DNA of 64,000 nt, taken from Saccostrea cucullata (taxonomy: Eukaryota). Both the position numbers and the translations under genes were made by a program. The stretch's first letter is position 1. Every line of letters starts with the position of its first letter. This document shows, in pieces, positions 41,304 to 54,173 of the stretch. The notes under the pieces were generated by a model that saw only the letters and a list, made by a program, of their open reading frames with translations, made no database searches and was not told the DNA's origin. Location: contig NW_026918602.1 in NCBI RefSeq assembly GCF_032062105.1, positions 1-64,000 of the forward strand, given 5' to 3'.

Positions 41304-41516
41304 AGAGGCTGGGTGGTTGTGGCATTTTTAGACTATTTTGATCTCCTTTAGTAGAAGAGCTCCATATAAAGATATAATAAAATGAGAAATTTCAAACTAA
41401 AATTTATGAAATTTTTCTTTGCCAAATGATAGTTGACAGCTTAAGATATCATATCCCAAAATTTAAGTTACATCTGGTGGTTAATAAGAAAATAATTTGT
41501 TGACCCCCTAGCCTCC
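41304..41516. mobile_element. Kolobok-type MITE
   Basis: AGAGGCTGGGTGG / CCCCTAGCCTCC imperfect TIRs with a TTAA TSD. Confidence 0.65.
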
Positions 41517-43355
41517 TTAAGCATGAATTTTTTTACTGGAATATACTTTTATATACTTATTGTTACCATTATTAACTAAGTAAATTTCCTGAAGAATTTT
41601 CCGTTTTAACAATCATGACGAGGAGCAGATGACGGGTGATATTAGTCGACAGGAGGTCTACATGGTACCTGATCCCACTTCGATCTGATGTTTAAGGAGA
41701 TCATTATTTCCTCTGTTACCGATTTGTATTGCATTTAATGGACTTTTGAGCTTGATTACAGTTCTATTTCTCCATTTTATTTACTTCTATATATGTATAC
41801 AGTTTATATATATGAATATAAATAAATATGCTACAAAAGTATTGACATCGAAATCTGACTATTGCTTAAGTTTTTGGATATTTTTTTCAGCTATAGAAAA
41901 GCTTATTAGAAACGCGAGGAATGTTTATAAAGCATTTTATTGTTTCTTTACAGTTATATTATACTGTAAAAGATGATAAAAATAGACTTGATTTATATTT
42001 TTGTCAAATTTTGAGAATTTCATTTTGTTTATTCTTTCAGAATTTATCGAAACGCATAAAAACTGTAAACTGTAAAACATTTGAAAGAATTTTCACATTT
42101 GCAAGTACCTTGATAATTATGTGAATTTTCATAAAACATAACCTATTGTGGAAAACAGAGAGATAACTCATTTATTTTGGTAACAATTGCGTTTTTTTTC
42201 TCTAGGGATCAAAGGAAAACGGAAAATTACCCCCACCCTACCCCGTAAAACAAAAAATCCTTTTTGGGTTTTATGAGTTGGTACTGCAAATGTATTATTA
42301 TATTTAGCATGTGCAATATTTCGCGGAAATATATTTTTGAACAAGTTAGCAAAGATATGGTTTAGCACAATTCTTAGTTATTATATATATATATATGTGT
42401 AAATGTGCAAGACATTTAGTGATGTACTACTTAAATTCTCAGAATGGCACTTATAAGAATACACAGCGGAATGTAGTACATCTACAGTGTTTCACAAATT
42501 TACATCAAAGCTTTTTGTTGTTTCATGGGGTTGGAAGAGCAGTAATATGCTAACAGCAAAAAAGCTGCAAACATGATCTTAATTATCAGTTTTGAATGAG
42601 ATTACAAATAAAACAATGTCTCTTTTCAGCTTTTTTGTGTGGAGTTTTACTGAATTTAAACATATGGAAATTTTTATGGATCAATTACTTATTTGCAGGC
42701 TATTTTGAAAATCTAGCGATTTTTAAGACCTGATGTCAACTTCAATGGATAAAAAATTAAATAACAACTCTCCTGAAAAGACTCGAAAATAAAAGTTTAT
42801 GGCACTTGTTTGAAAATTGATAATCAATTAGTAAAATCCACCTATGACTTAATTCTTTTGTTTGAGCGCCCCGTTAATTTTCAGGAGTGCAGAATTAAAT
42901 ATTACTTGAAAACGGTATTTCCTATGTTCATATTCTCCTTCCCGTGCCTCTACAGAGGAAAGAACTTTATTTTCACATAAAGAAGATGAAATTAATTTGC
43001 CACTACTGATATTCAAATCTGGTACTTATTTTCACCAAAGTAGTCGGGTACTAAAGTAAATAAACAGATAAATTTATAGAATTGAAAGGGCCTTTACAAG
43101 AATGCAAATTTCTGTAGCGTATTTTTAGCCTTCAATGTCCTTAAGGAAAACAATTGTTAACATTTAATCTAATTATGAAATAAAGTCATATTGACACTAA
43201 AGAGCCCTTTACATACATCGATGTAGCAACTGTTAAGGGCTGAAAATATATTCCTGAACTTCATGAAATATATTGACCAAATTGACCAAAATTTACCTCT
43301 CCAAATCTCAAAAATGATATTGATATATAAAACTGGAGGACATTCTTTTAACCAG

Positions 43356-43501
43356 AGACAACAGTTGCGTGCTGTTCCGGTGACTGAGGTCCACTTACGT
43401 AGGAGGACGTTAGTACACGCTACTGGATCTATGGTCTGGAGAGGAATGTCCACGCCCCGGACTATCCACAACAGTGCTGCTGGGGCTGTACCATTCTGTA
43501 A
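43356..43501 (+). pseudogene. Disabled orphan copy of the SSUH2 terminal exon, followed by a duplicated 3' UTR
   Basis: Near-identical to 21422-21568, but CAC TAC ACG TGG has become CAC TT ACG TAG (1-nt deletion plus TGG>TAG). No upstream SSUH2 exons recognised between the gap ending at 40131 and this exon. Confidence 0.85.
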
Positions 43502-46500
43502 ACGGCTCGCAAAAAATCCACTCAGGGGGGCTTAGTCATTCAAAACAAATGTTATCTTGTATTTTTTTTTTGTTTCTGAAGAACATATTTTAAACTGTAT
43601 TATAGTTTTGATTACCTACTTTTTTTAATTACTTTTTGAAAAACGTTTTCATACTGAAGTATTTACTTTTTGAATTCATGAATTAAAATGGTGAATTACC
43701 GTATGTGAACAATCACTTTGTTTGATGTGAAATTAAGGATGTTAAAAAAATAGCTTTTGTCATTCTATTGAGTGAGAGGATAACTTAACAATGTTGCTAA
43801 TTCCTTATTAACTTTATGAACAAGATCTAGATATTCGTGAGGATATAAAATGTAATTTAAATTACTAACCATGTCTCTTTCTTGTTGGTATGAAGGTCGT
43901 GTTCTATGTAAAATCCATATGTTCTGTTTTCACATCATCTCTATTTTACATCAGCACTATCAAGTTTAAATTAGGGGATTAAATTGATGTTATTTACCTA
44001 TATTACTGTATATTAATTATTATCAGAAGTTGCTCAAAGCACTGAAATAGCAATAAGTTAGTCTTAGAATATTTCATCACTAATATACTTGAGAGCAATA
44101 TTCTTATGAAATTTTTTAAAACTTATTTATCTGCACTTCACGAGATTATTATGAAACGCAATAATTTTAATTGATATTTTAAATTCTAATAAGTACTATA
44201 CTCATTAGAAAAAATATTTGAGATCAAACATTCAATGATTTTACGATTCATTTTAATTAGGTCAAGGAATTTTTTAAGTATACAAGTATATCTTTAAACT
44301 CATCATGTTGAAAAACTTACTAAAATTTTCGTTGACAATCTGGTACATGTATTCTTTGATAAGAATGTTTATTACCTGTGTTTATAAATTATACATATTT
44401 TACATTACCTAATCATAGTATGAAATGTTTTATTGAAGAGTATTGAAATACATACAGGTATATTTTAAAATAATTATACCTGTACCATTGATTCAGGAAA
44501 GTCCATATAATTAACAAGTATAAATATCTTTTGTTTCATATTATACTTTAACTGCTTCTTTATGAGTGCTTTCTTAATTTGTTATATTTCTTTGAATACG
44601 TGGTTTTTCTTATCTGAAATAAACACCTCCAAGCATTTCAATTTTCTGCATTCTTGTCCTTTCTTTTAAATTGCTTTATATTCCGTGAAGAAGATAGGTG
44701 CAGTTATACAGTTGTACTTGTATTTAAACAATCAGTCCAGTAAGTCAGTGATTAATATCTTAATAAATTTAGATACAGATGTTATTTTTTCCAGTTTGAA
44801 AATACTGCTTTTGTTTTCTAATTGAAGATTACATTTATCTGCTGTATTTCTATCAAATACTCAATCTGAACAATTTTCAAAATTGAAAATTAGTCATGTT
44901 AGTAATACGCTTATTCGGAATTAAATTTCAGGCTAATTTTAGGTCATTATTTTCACACTGAATTGTCTTCGGATTTTCCCGTTTTTTTCCAATCATGCCA
45001 AGTAACACATGGCATATGTGACAGGACCCCAGGGGATGCTCACTTCTCCATGGCACCTGATCCCACCTCTGATGTTTCCGATATCTGTGTTTGCTCTGCT
45101 CCTGATTTCTAATGTTTAAATGCAGATTTGAGATTGATTACTTTTCGTATCATCATATTTCATTGAAAAATGTTTGCTTATAAACATGAATGGAAAGGAC
45201 TAGCGCATTCTGGGGCAATTATATAAGATAGTTCTGTATATTAAGTAATTGTAAGTATCAATGGTTTGCAAACATTGTATATTCAAGATGATCTGCAGTT
45301 AAATTTAACATATTTTTCCACAATTAGTTTAGGAACGCACGTAAGGGTCGTTTAAAACCATATTTTCTATATGTTATTTATTCTATTTAAAAATATAAAA
45401 AGGATGATGAAGTCAACTTTTAAATTTAAAAGAAATTATTTTTTGAAATTTTCTGGATAACGATTGAGTTAAGGAGTAAATATTAAAGGAATTGGGAATA
45501 AACAAATTAATAAAAATGTATTCATTCGAATAAATATGAGGATGATTAATCGCCTTTTTTAACAGTCATACCTTATGCAAAGCGTTTACATACATGTTTT
45601 TCTTTTAAAACATGACTGTAACAAACCTTTGTATTTCTTATCTTTTAAATAGTATCAAGTTGTTCCAATGAAGATTCCATTCCAAAAATGCAAATATGGA
45701 GCAGAACAAACACGAATCTCTAAAACATCAGAGATCAGATGCCGTGGATGAGTAAGCATTCCTTTCATGTTCGAGCATAAAAAACAGAAATAAGCCCCAT
45801 CTCTGCAGGTGTTAAGGGTACATGTATATTGTGACATAAGTTCATTGTAAGGGAAGCTAGCGAAAGAAAAGTTGAAGTAATTTATCGTAAATTTTTTATA
45901 TAGGCTACCATAAACATTTTTTTAAAAAAAGGATGTGGATGATTCTGAGATATCGTTTATCTCAAATGCTTTGAGATATATTGATTTAGAGTATGAATAA
46001 AAGTAACAATGCTTAATTAATAATTGCTCGTCGGTATACTAGCTTCTAAATGTTAAGATGAAGGCCACAACAAGCGTTTTCTTCTTTGGGTAAATTTTGA
46101 ATAATATGAATAAGGTTTTGTACTAACCAGGCGAAACTGGTATCCCCGGAAATCTGACAAATTATTGGAAGACCTTATCTTCCAGAAGTTGGAAAATTTA
46201 TGAATTCTCAAAAGAAATGAAGTTGTTCATACCGACAGAAAAATATTGCCCAAATTCGGTTTACAAATTGGAGGTACATGTAACTATATGAAAAAAATCA
46301 TAATCTATAAACATATTCTTAAACAAAACTTAACTGAATTGGCATAGATTGTCTTAAGACAAGTATCCTCTTATAAGTTTTCTGACATCATAATAAATAG
46401 CAATTACTATACGTATTTGAAACTAAAGGAATGTTCAGTTATAAGACATCAATGATATTGTTGTTTTAAAAAGTGAAAACCATATTTGCCGTACTAAGAT

Positions 46501-47351
46501 TACAAACTCGTGATATATTTTTGAAATTGTATTTCTCTTTTAACACAGAATTAGGTCGGATTTTTTGTATAATTGTAGTTTGTTTCCTCAAACCACAAAT
46601 GAAACTCAAACATTTTAATGTGCATTTCTGTATGTATGTACGAAATATATTGAGATAGCGAACAGGTAAAAAGTCCATTAAGGACAGGTGACACCAACAT
46701 TTTTTTCTTTGGAGGAGACTTAATATCATAACAAAGGTATAGAAAAGTGGATAATTCTTTGCATTTTTTTTCTCCTTGGACTCCGAAAATGAAAAAAGAC
46801 TGTTATTGGTTAATATTTCAATAAATATCAAATATTGACAAATCACAATCATTAAAGGTTTACAGATGAAAACAAAATTCAAAATATGTTAGTTTGTTGC
46901 TTAAAGTGTAATATAAACTTTTAAAAAGTATACCAAGGCAGGTGAATTTTATGACGAAAAGCAAAATGGTTAAAACTTCAATTGGTTTTAATTTAATGGC
47001 GCTGGTCCACTAACTTTTTAATAACCCCTCGTATGTTATGTTATACGGCTATAATTATCAAAAAAGATATATGCAATCCAAAAAATGTCCTGATTAACCA
47101 AAAAAAAAAAAAAGAAAAAAAAACACCACCTGTTCAAGTGTTATGTTACGATTCGTAACAGATGAGACTAATTTTGTCTGTGAACTGTTCCTTTCCCGTA
47201 AATGGAACTTAAAATGTTAAAATGAAAACATTCATTTGCATTTTGCGGGCAACAAACATTATCATTTAATATATAAAAAAAAAAAATTTAAATGACAATA
47301 GAAAGAATCACGATATCTTCCTAGTCTACCAAGAACTTATCATTGGCTGTA

Positions 47352-49376
47352 TCAATTTTCTCCACGATTGTCTTCAACATTAAGTTCCATAAGATCCGAA
47401 TAAACGCCTTCAACGGTTTGCTCTTCATTTTTTTTATGCAAACTTTTTCGATATACTCGTATCTCATAGACAATGCACAGGATGAACATACATATCACTG
47501 CTGTCCCCACTGAAATGATGACAACTCTCTTTGAATGGTACATACTTGCAATTGGTAGATGGGAAATTGTGAAATTAGAAACGTCAATGGTTTTCCTTAC
47601 CGTTGTTTGGTGGTGTTGATAAACAGTAACTAAATGAGTAATGTATATTTAGGAAGTGAATGAACATCTTATTAATGTCACAACATTTAAGGTATAGTAC
47701 AAGGTAACAGCAAATCTAGGCACGTAGATGAGACTCTAAACGTCAATGCTTCATACTGAAGTGCACAGTAGTCAACTAGTAAGGTCAAATTAAAAGCACA
47801 ATTAATGTTAAAACACATATAGAAACTTATAGATATAAAAAATACCTTTATCTTTATTGGATTGTTTTATAAGTTCATGATTAAACCTTTATTCCTACTG
47901 TATTTAAGAGATAAATCGCATCTTAATGCATAAAGAATATTTTTTAGAGAAATGATTTGTATATCAGGAAAAAGAGCTGGTAAGTGTAATTTAAAAAAAG
48001 AAAGCTGTAATCACAGATATTTGTAATATGCATGTATTGCTGAGAATTCCAGCACATTATTTTTCGATAAAAACGCTTTGTCAACAATTTTGCCTGTCAA
48101 CCCTTGTATTTATTAAACGAGAGTCAGTTTACTCTTGATGCAATAAGGGTAAATTGTAACGTTTAGTTTGCTCTTGATGCATTAAGGGTAACTTGTTACA
48201 TTTTATCGATTCTTTATTGTATTATATGTGTCGGGAGATTTTAAAAGAAAATGATGATCATCTTACATAAAACAATTCTTCTTTTTAATTGACAAATTAA
48301 GTAGCCTTTAGGACAATGATATATCATGTGTTTGGAAATTTTAGCGAGAGGCAAATTTTTTTTATTTGTCCTTAATATTGGTATTTTATTTTCAGCGATT
48401 GTAAAAAGCCCACAAAAGAATTATATGAATAGTTATACGGAATTGTTTAAAAATTAATACAAATTGTTAAAAATGGTCCATTTAAATACTAGACTGAAAT
48501 GGATATTTCATATGCAATGTTTTGACAATATTTCAGTGTTACATACAGCCTGTATGGATATCTAATGTTTAATTTTTATTAATTGAGAAGAAGCCTATTT
48601 TGAATTAATATTTGAAATATCTAAGTAAAATGATCACCAGTAATGATTTCTACCTTTAATACATCCATATTTGGTGTCACATTCTTCAGCCACACAGTCA
48701 CAGGTCCCACCACACAATAAACCATACGATGGGTATTTACACCTTTTCGAGCAATTCGGTCCAAAACTCCCTAGCGAGCACTCTGTGCAGTAGAAAGTTT
48801 AATATGCCAGTGCTTTTCACCTCTAAGGAGGCAAGGGCAACAAAAAAAACCCACAAATATGGTATATATTAAGCTATGATATCATAATAACATATCAACA
48901 ATCATTTTGCAAAGAACAAAATCAAACATTTTAGTTTTAAATAAGTTTAGTTTTTTTTAAATATCTTTATATGGTGCTCTTCTTTTAAAGGAGATCAATG
49001 TACTAGAAGTCTGAAAATGGCCACAACCACCCACTGTTCTTAAATCTTTATATGCACAGAAATTTCCAAATGGAGTTTACTTAAAGCTAATGCATTCAAA
49101 TATTCTTTTCGAAAATCAGTTATACTTACCAACGCATGTTTCGCCAACCTGCTGATAATTTACATCACACTGATATGCACCATTACTACACCAACGAAAT
49201 TTTATTTTAGAAATAAAAATACATATACATGTACATGTAATACTGCAATTCGACAGTCATGCATATATGAATAATTTGTAGGTTTTTTGGAATACCTACC
49301 TTAATCTGTTTATCAAAAGACTTATCACAAAATAATCATATGTATTCAAAATATTGAAACAGAAAAGTTTCATCAT
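47352..49376 (-). CDS. Small single-pass membrane protein with an EGF-like (MEGF10/SCARF/CED-1-type) Cys-rich module, copy 1, ~179 aa
   Basis: Exons 49376-49300, 49185-49130, 48782-48654, 47629-47352 (540 nt, GT-AG, open). Sequence: MMKLFCFNIL..., CDVNYQQVGETCVECSLGSFGPNCSKRCKYPSYGLLCGGTCDCVAEECDTKYGC, Thr/Ser stalk, TM VVIISVGTAVICMFILCIVY, tail EGVYSDL. The signal peptide is atypical. Confidence 0.8.
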
Positions 49377-49650
49377 TAAATGAAAATCCCATGAAATTGA
49401 GTGATAAACTGTGAAGTAATGAAAGTTAAAAATTTGTCGGATTTTAATTAACCAAACAAGGAAACTTATGATATTAAAAATAACTTTGTCATAGACAGTA
49501 TTCTTTGCATTGTATTGGAAAATATTTTAGATATTGAGGAAAGAGGTGTGAATATTAGGTTTATCTGCTTTATCTTCAATTTGAATATTTATATCAATCA
49601 TTTTTATTTATTTATTACTTTTTTTTATGTATTTATTTATTTATTTATAG

Positions 49651-50268
49651 GTATTCCCAATAACATCGTACCCAATCGCTGAGATTAACAACAATTCTAT
49701 CAGGATCGTGAATTCTCACAAGGGAGCATTTCCAAATGAGAGAATGCTAAAACAGGTACTTTCCTCTATCATTCAGTAAATTTTGACAGGTGTTTTTATG
49801 ATGCCATCTCTCAAGGAATATAAATCTAAAACATAACATATTCTTCAGATCCTCCTTTACGTTTAATAATGCTTGTGCTGGAAATGAAGTTTTTGAAAAT
49901 TAAAGCTTATCAGTACATAAACCAAAACATGCTATTATGTTTATCCATAAATGAAGGATAACGACATTATAACCGTAAGAAAGATTCTTTGCAGTATCGT
50001 AGCACTCAAGTTAAAAAAAAATGCAATATTGATATTTTTGGATAATGATGATCAGTAGATTCTTCTAATTTGAAAAAGAAAATGACATACATCTGAGTCT
50101 GAAAGCATTTTTGATTAACAGAGACAACAGTTGCGTGCTGTTCCGGTGACTGAGGTCCACTATACGTGGGAGGACGTTAGTACACGTTACTGGATCTACG
50201 GTCTGGAGAGGAAGGTCCATGCCCCAGACTACCCACAACAGTGCTGCTGGGGCTGTACCATTCTGTAA
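49651..50268 (+). other. Intact orphan copy of the last two SSUH2 copy-1 exons (49651-49755, 50122-50268)
   Basis: Encodes exactly the same peptide as 20858-20962 plus 21422-21568, with splice sites intact. No preceding SSUH2 exons nearby; upstream of ~49600 the sequence is the 5' flank of the - strand EGF gene. Confidence 0.85.
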
Positions 50269-53200
50269 ACGGCTTGCAACAAAATCCACTCAGGGGGGCT
50301 TAGAATACCCAGTCATTCAAAACAAATGTTATCTTGTATTGTTTTTTTTTATTTTGTTGTTTCTGAAGAAAGTGTTTTAAACTAAGTTATAATTTTGATA
50401 TCCTACTTTTTTTTATTACTTCCTGAAAAACGTTTTAATACTGATGTTTTTTTTTTGAATTCATGAATTAAAATGGTGAATTACCTTATGTGGATTATCA
50501 CTCTGTTTGATGTGAAATTATGGATGTTAGAAAAAATATCTTTAGTCATTCTTTGAGTGAGAGAATGATCTAACAATGTTGCCAAATGAATACCTTATTA
50601 ACTTTAGGAATATGCTATTATAGACATTCGTGAGGATATATAATGTAATTCAATTTACTAACCGTGTCTCTTTCTTGTTGGTATGAAGGCTATGTTCTGC
50701 GTAAAATCCATTTGTTCTGTTTTCACATCATCTCTATTTTATATCAGCACCATCAAGTTTAAATTAGGTGATCAAATTGATGTTATTTATCTATACTACT
50801 GTATATGAATTATTATCAGAAGTTGCTCAAAACACTGAAATAGCAATAAGTTAGTCTCAGAATATTTCATCACTAATATACTTGAGAGCAATATACTTAT
50901 GAAATTTTTTAAAACTTATTTATCTGCACTTCAAGATATTATTATTGAAACGCAATAATTTTAATTGAGATTATAAATTTGAATAAATACTTTACTTATT
51001 AGAAAAAATATTTGAGATCAAACATTCAATTATTTTACGATTCATTTTAATTAGATCAAGGGATTTTTTTCAGTATACAAGTATATCTTTGAACTCATCA
51101 TGTTGAAATACTTAATATTAAAATTTTCGTTGACAATCGGGTACATGTATTCTTTAATAAGAATGTTTAGTGCCTGTGTTTACAAATTATACATATTTTA
51201 CATTACGTAATCGTATGAAATATTTTATTGAATGGTATTGAAAAACATACATGTATATTTTAATATAATTATACCTGTGCTATTGATTCAGAAAAATACA
51301 TATAATTGACAAGTACAAATATCTTTTGTTTCATATTATACTTTAACTGCTTCTTTGTGAGTGCTTTCTATATTTGTTATATTTCTTTAAATATTTGGTT
51401 TTTCCTATTTCAAATAAACATCTCCAAGCATTTCAATTTTTTGCATTCTTGTCCTTTCTTTTAAATTGTTTTATATTCCGGGAAGAAGATAAGTGCAGTT
51501 ATACAGTAGTACCTGTATTTAAAGAATCAGTCCAGCAAGTCAATAATTTATATCTTAACAAATTTAGATACAGATTATATTTTTTCAGTTTGCAGAATAT
51601 TGCTTTTGTTTTCTAATTGAAGATTACATTTATTGCTGTATATCTATCAAATACTCAATCTGAACAATTTTCAGAATTGAAAATTAGTCATGTTAGTAAT
51701 ATTATTTGGAACTAGTGTTACAGATGTTCCCCAAACGCTCCCCAACTCCCTCTTTTGTGCCTAATTCCTGTAAGACATTTTAAAAATATGATCCGTATTG
51801 AAGGATTTCATAAAAGAACTATAAAAGCTACAATGATATCAACCACACGTGCATGCATTCTCGTTTTCATAGTATTATAATGTACGAATCCATTATACCT
51901 ATTCATATTCTAAATTTCATCCCGTTTTGTTGAAAACTAAGAAAGTTATTGGCATTTAAAGTTTCAGCCAATTAGATTACAGCACATGTGCATGCGCATG
52001 CTTTCATGATAATTCTTATATACCATGCTGTAGATATTGTATGACCATGTTCAAAATTTCAAAATACTTTGTCAAAAGCAAGAAAGATACTGAGACTTTA
52101 GTTTCAGGCAATCAGAACGAAGCACACGTGCATGCGCATGAGATCTTGAGATTTTGACCAAATTAATAAAAAAATGTATTCATTAAAATAAATATGTAGG
52201 GTGATTAATCGAATTTTTTTAACATTCGGACCTTATGCAAAGCGTTTACATACATGTACTAGTATCTCCTTTAAAATATAACTGTAACGTAAACTTCTGT
52301 GTTTCTTATATTTTAAATGACATCAAGTTGTTCTAATTTACAGTCTGTTAAGCTTCATGTTATAAAATACAGATATAAAAACAGTAATCAAACTCGAGAT
52401 CATTCAAAAATGCAAATATGGAGCAGAACAAAACGAAACTCTAAAACATCATATCTGAGATGCCATGGAGGAATGAGCATTCCTTGTCATGTTCGAGGGA
52501 AAAGAAAAACAAACTAAAAATCCATATAATAATTCAGTAAGTAAATACATGTAATAGTCTAACAAATTGTATGAAAAAGTCAGCATTCAACTTAATGATA
52601 GATTGTATTTGCATACAGAGTCACTGAATCGACTTTGGAACTTGCAAAATGATGATTTTAAAACGAGACTGTTGATATTCTTTAGTCATTTATTAACTTG
52701 CAATTGTTTTCAATAGCTTGCATCGTATAAGAAATTGCTTTTGGGAGACACAAGCCCCATCTATGCAGGTGTTAAGGGTATATTGAGACTTAAGAACATT
52801 GTAAGGGAAACTAGGAAAAGAAAAGTTGAAGTAATTTATAATGCATTTTGTATATAGGCTACCATAGACATTTCTTTCTTGAAAAAAAAAAGATTTGGAG
52901 GATTCAGTGATATCGTTTATTTCAAATTCTCTGGGATATATTGATTTAGAGTATGAATGAAAGTAACAATTGTTAATTATTAATTGCTCGTCGGTATACT
53001 AGTATCTAAATGTTAAGATGAAGGTCACAACAAGCGTTTTCTTCTTTGGATAAATTTTGCAAAATATGAATAAGGTCTTGTACTAACCAAGCACAGCTGG
53101 TATCCACGGGAATTTCGACAGATTATGGGAAGACCATATCTTCCAGAAGTTGGAAAATTTATGAATTCTCAAAAGAAATGAAGTTGTTCCTACCGACAGA

Positions 53201-54173
53201 AAAATATTGCCAAATAAGGCTCACACCTGAAGGTAAAAATCATCATTTATTACTATTATTATTTATTCTTAAACAAACTTTACTGAATTGGCATAGCTTG
53301 TATTAAAACTAGTACCCTCTTTTAAGTTTTCTGACATCATAATAAATGGCAATTACAATACATATTTGAAAGTAAGGAATGTTTAGTTATAAGGCATCAA
53401 TAATATTGTTGTTTTAAAAAGTGAAAACCATATTTGCCGGACTAAGATTGCAAACTCGTGATATATTTGAACTTGTATTTCTCTTTTAACGCAAAATTAG
53501 GTCGGATTTATTTTTTTTTTTTCCAAAAAAATAAAACTCATTAAAATAATGTGCATTTTTATATGTATATTTGAAATATATCGAGAAAATGAACAGTATT
53601 CCTTGGACTTGGAAAATGAAAATGACTTGAAAAATATTAGTTATTGTTTCAATAAAAATATGGAAAAATCACACTCAGTAGAGGTTTACAGATGAAAAAA
53701 AATTTCAGAATATGTTAGCTTGGTGCTAAAAGTGTACAATAATATAATATATTTTTCAAAAATATGCCAAGCCAGGTGAATATTATGAGGAAAAGCAAAA
53801 TGGAAGAAACCTCAATCGGTTTTAATTTCATGGCGCTAGTCCACTTACTTTTTGATAACCCCTCATATGTTATATTATACAGCTATAGTTATCAAAAAAG
53901 ATAAATGCAATCCAAAAAAATGTCCTGATTAAAAAACACACCTGTTTAAGTGTTGCGAGTCGTAACAGATGAGACTAATTTGCCTATGAACTGCTCCTTT
54001 TCCGTAAAAGGAATTTTAAATGTTAAAATGAAAACATTCCTTTGCAATTGCAGGCAACAAGCATTTTCATTTAATATATAAAACATTTTTTTTAAAAATG
54101 ACAACAGAAAAACCACAGTAAGTTCCTATTCTAGTAAGAATGAACTCTTCATTGGCAGTCTCAATTTTCTCCA

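Larger units (their letters stand above)
43340..49595. repeat. Segmental duplication unit A (SSUH2 last exon and 3' UTR, spacer, EGF-TM gene)
   Basis: Collinear with ~50110-58010 (e.g. 46001-46260 vs 52960-53210; 49440-49590 vs 57860-58010). Its first ~1.9 kb also matches 21422-23590. Confidence 0.9.

Noticed and set aside
43263-43535. 90-aa ORF as a novel gene
   Set aside because: It is intron sequence read into the frameshifted SSUH2 pseudo-exon.
47155-47190. Hammerhead-like CAGATGAGAC...GTC motif (also ~53967)
   Set aside because: Lacks the CUGAUGA and GAAA catalytic core.
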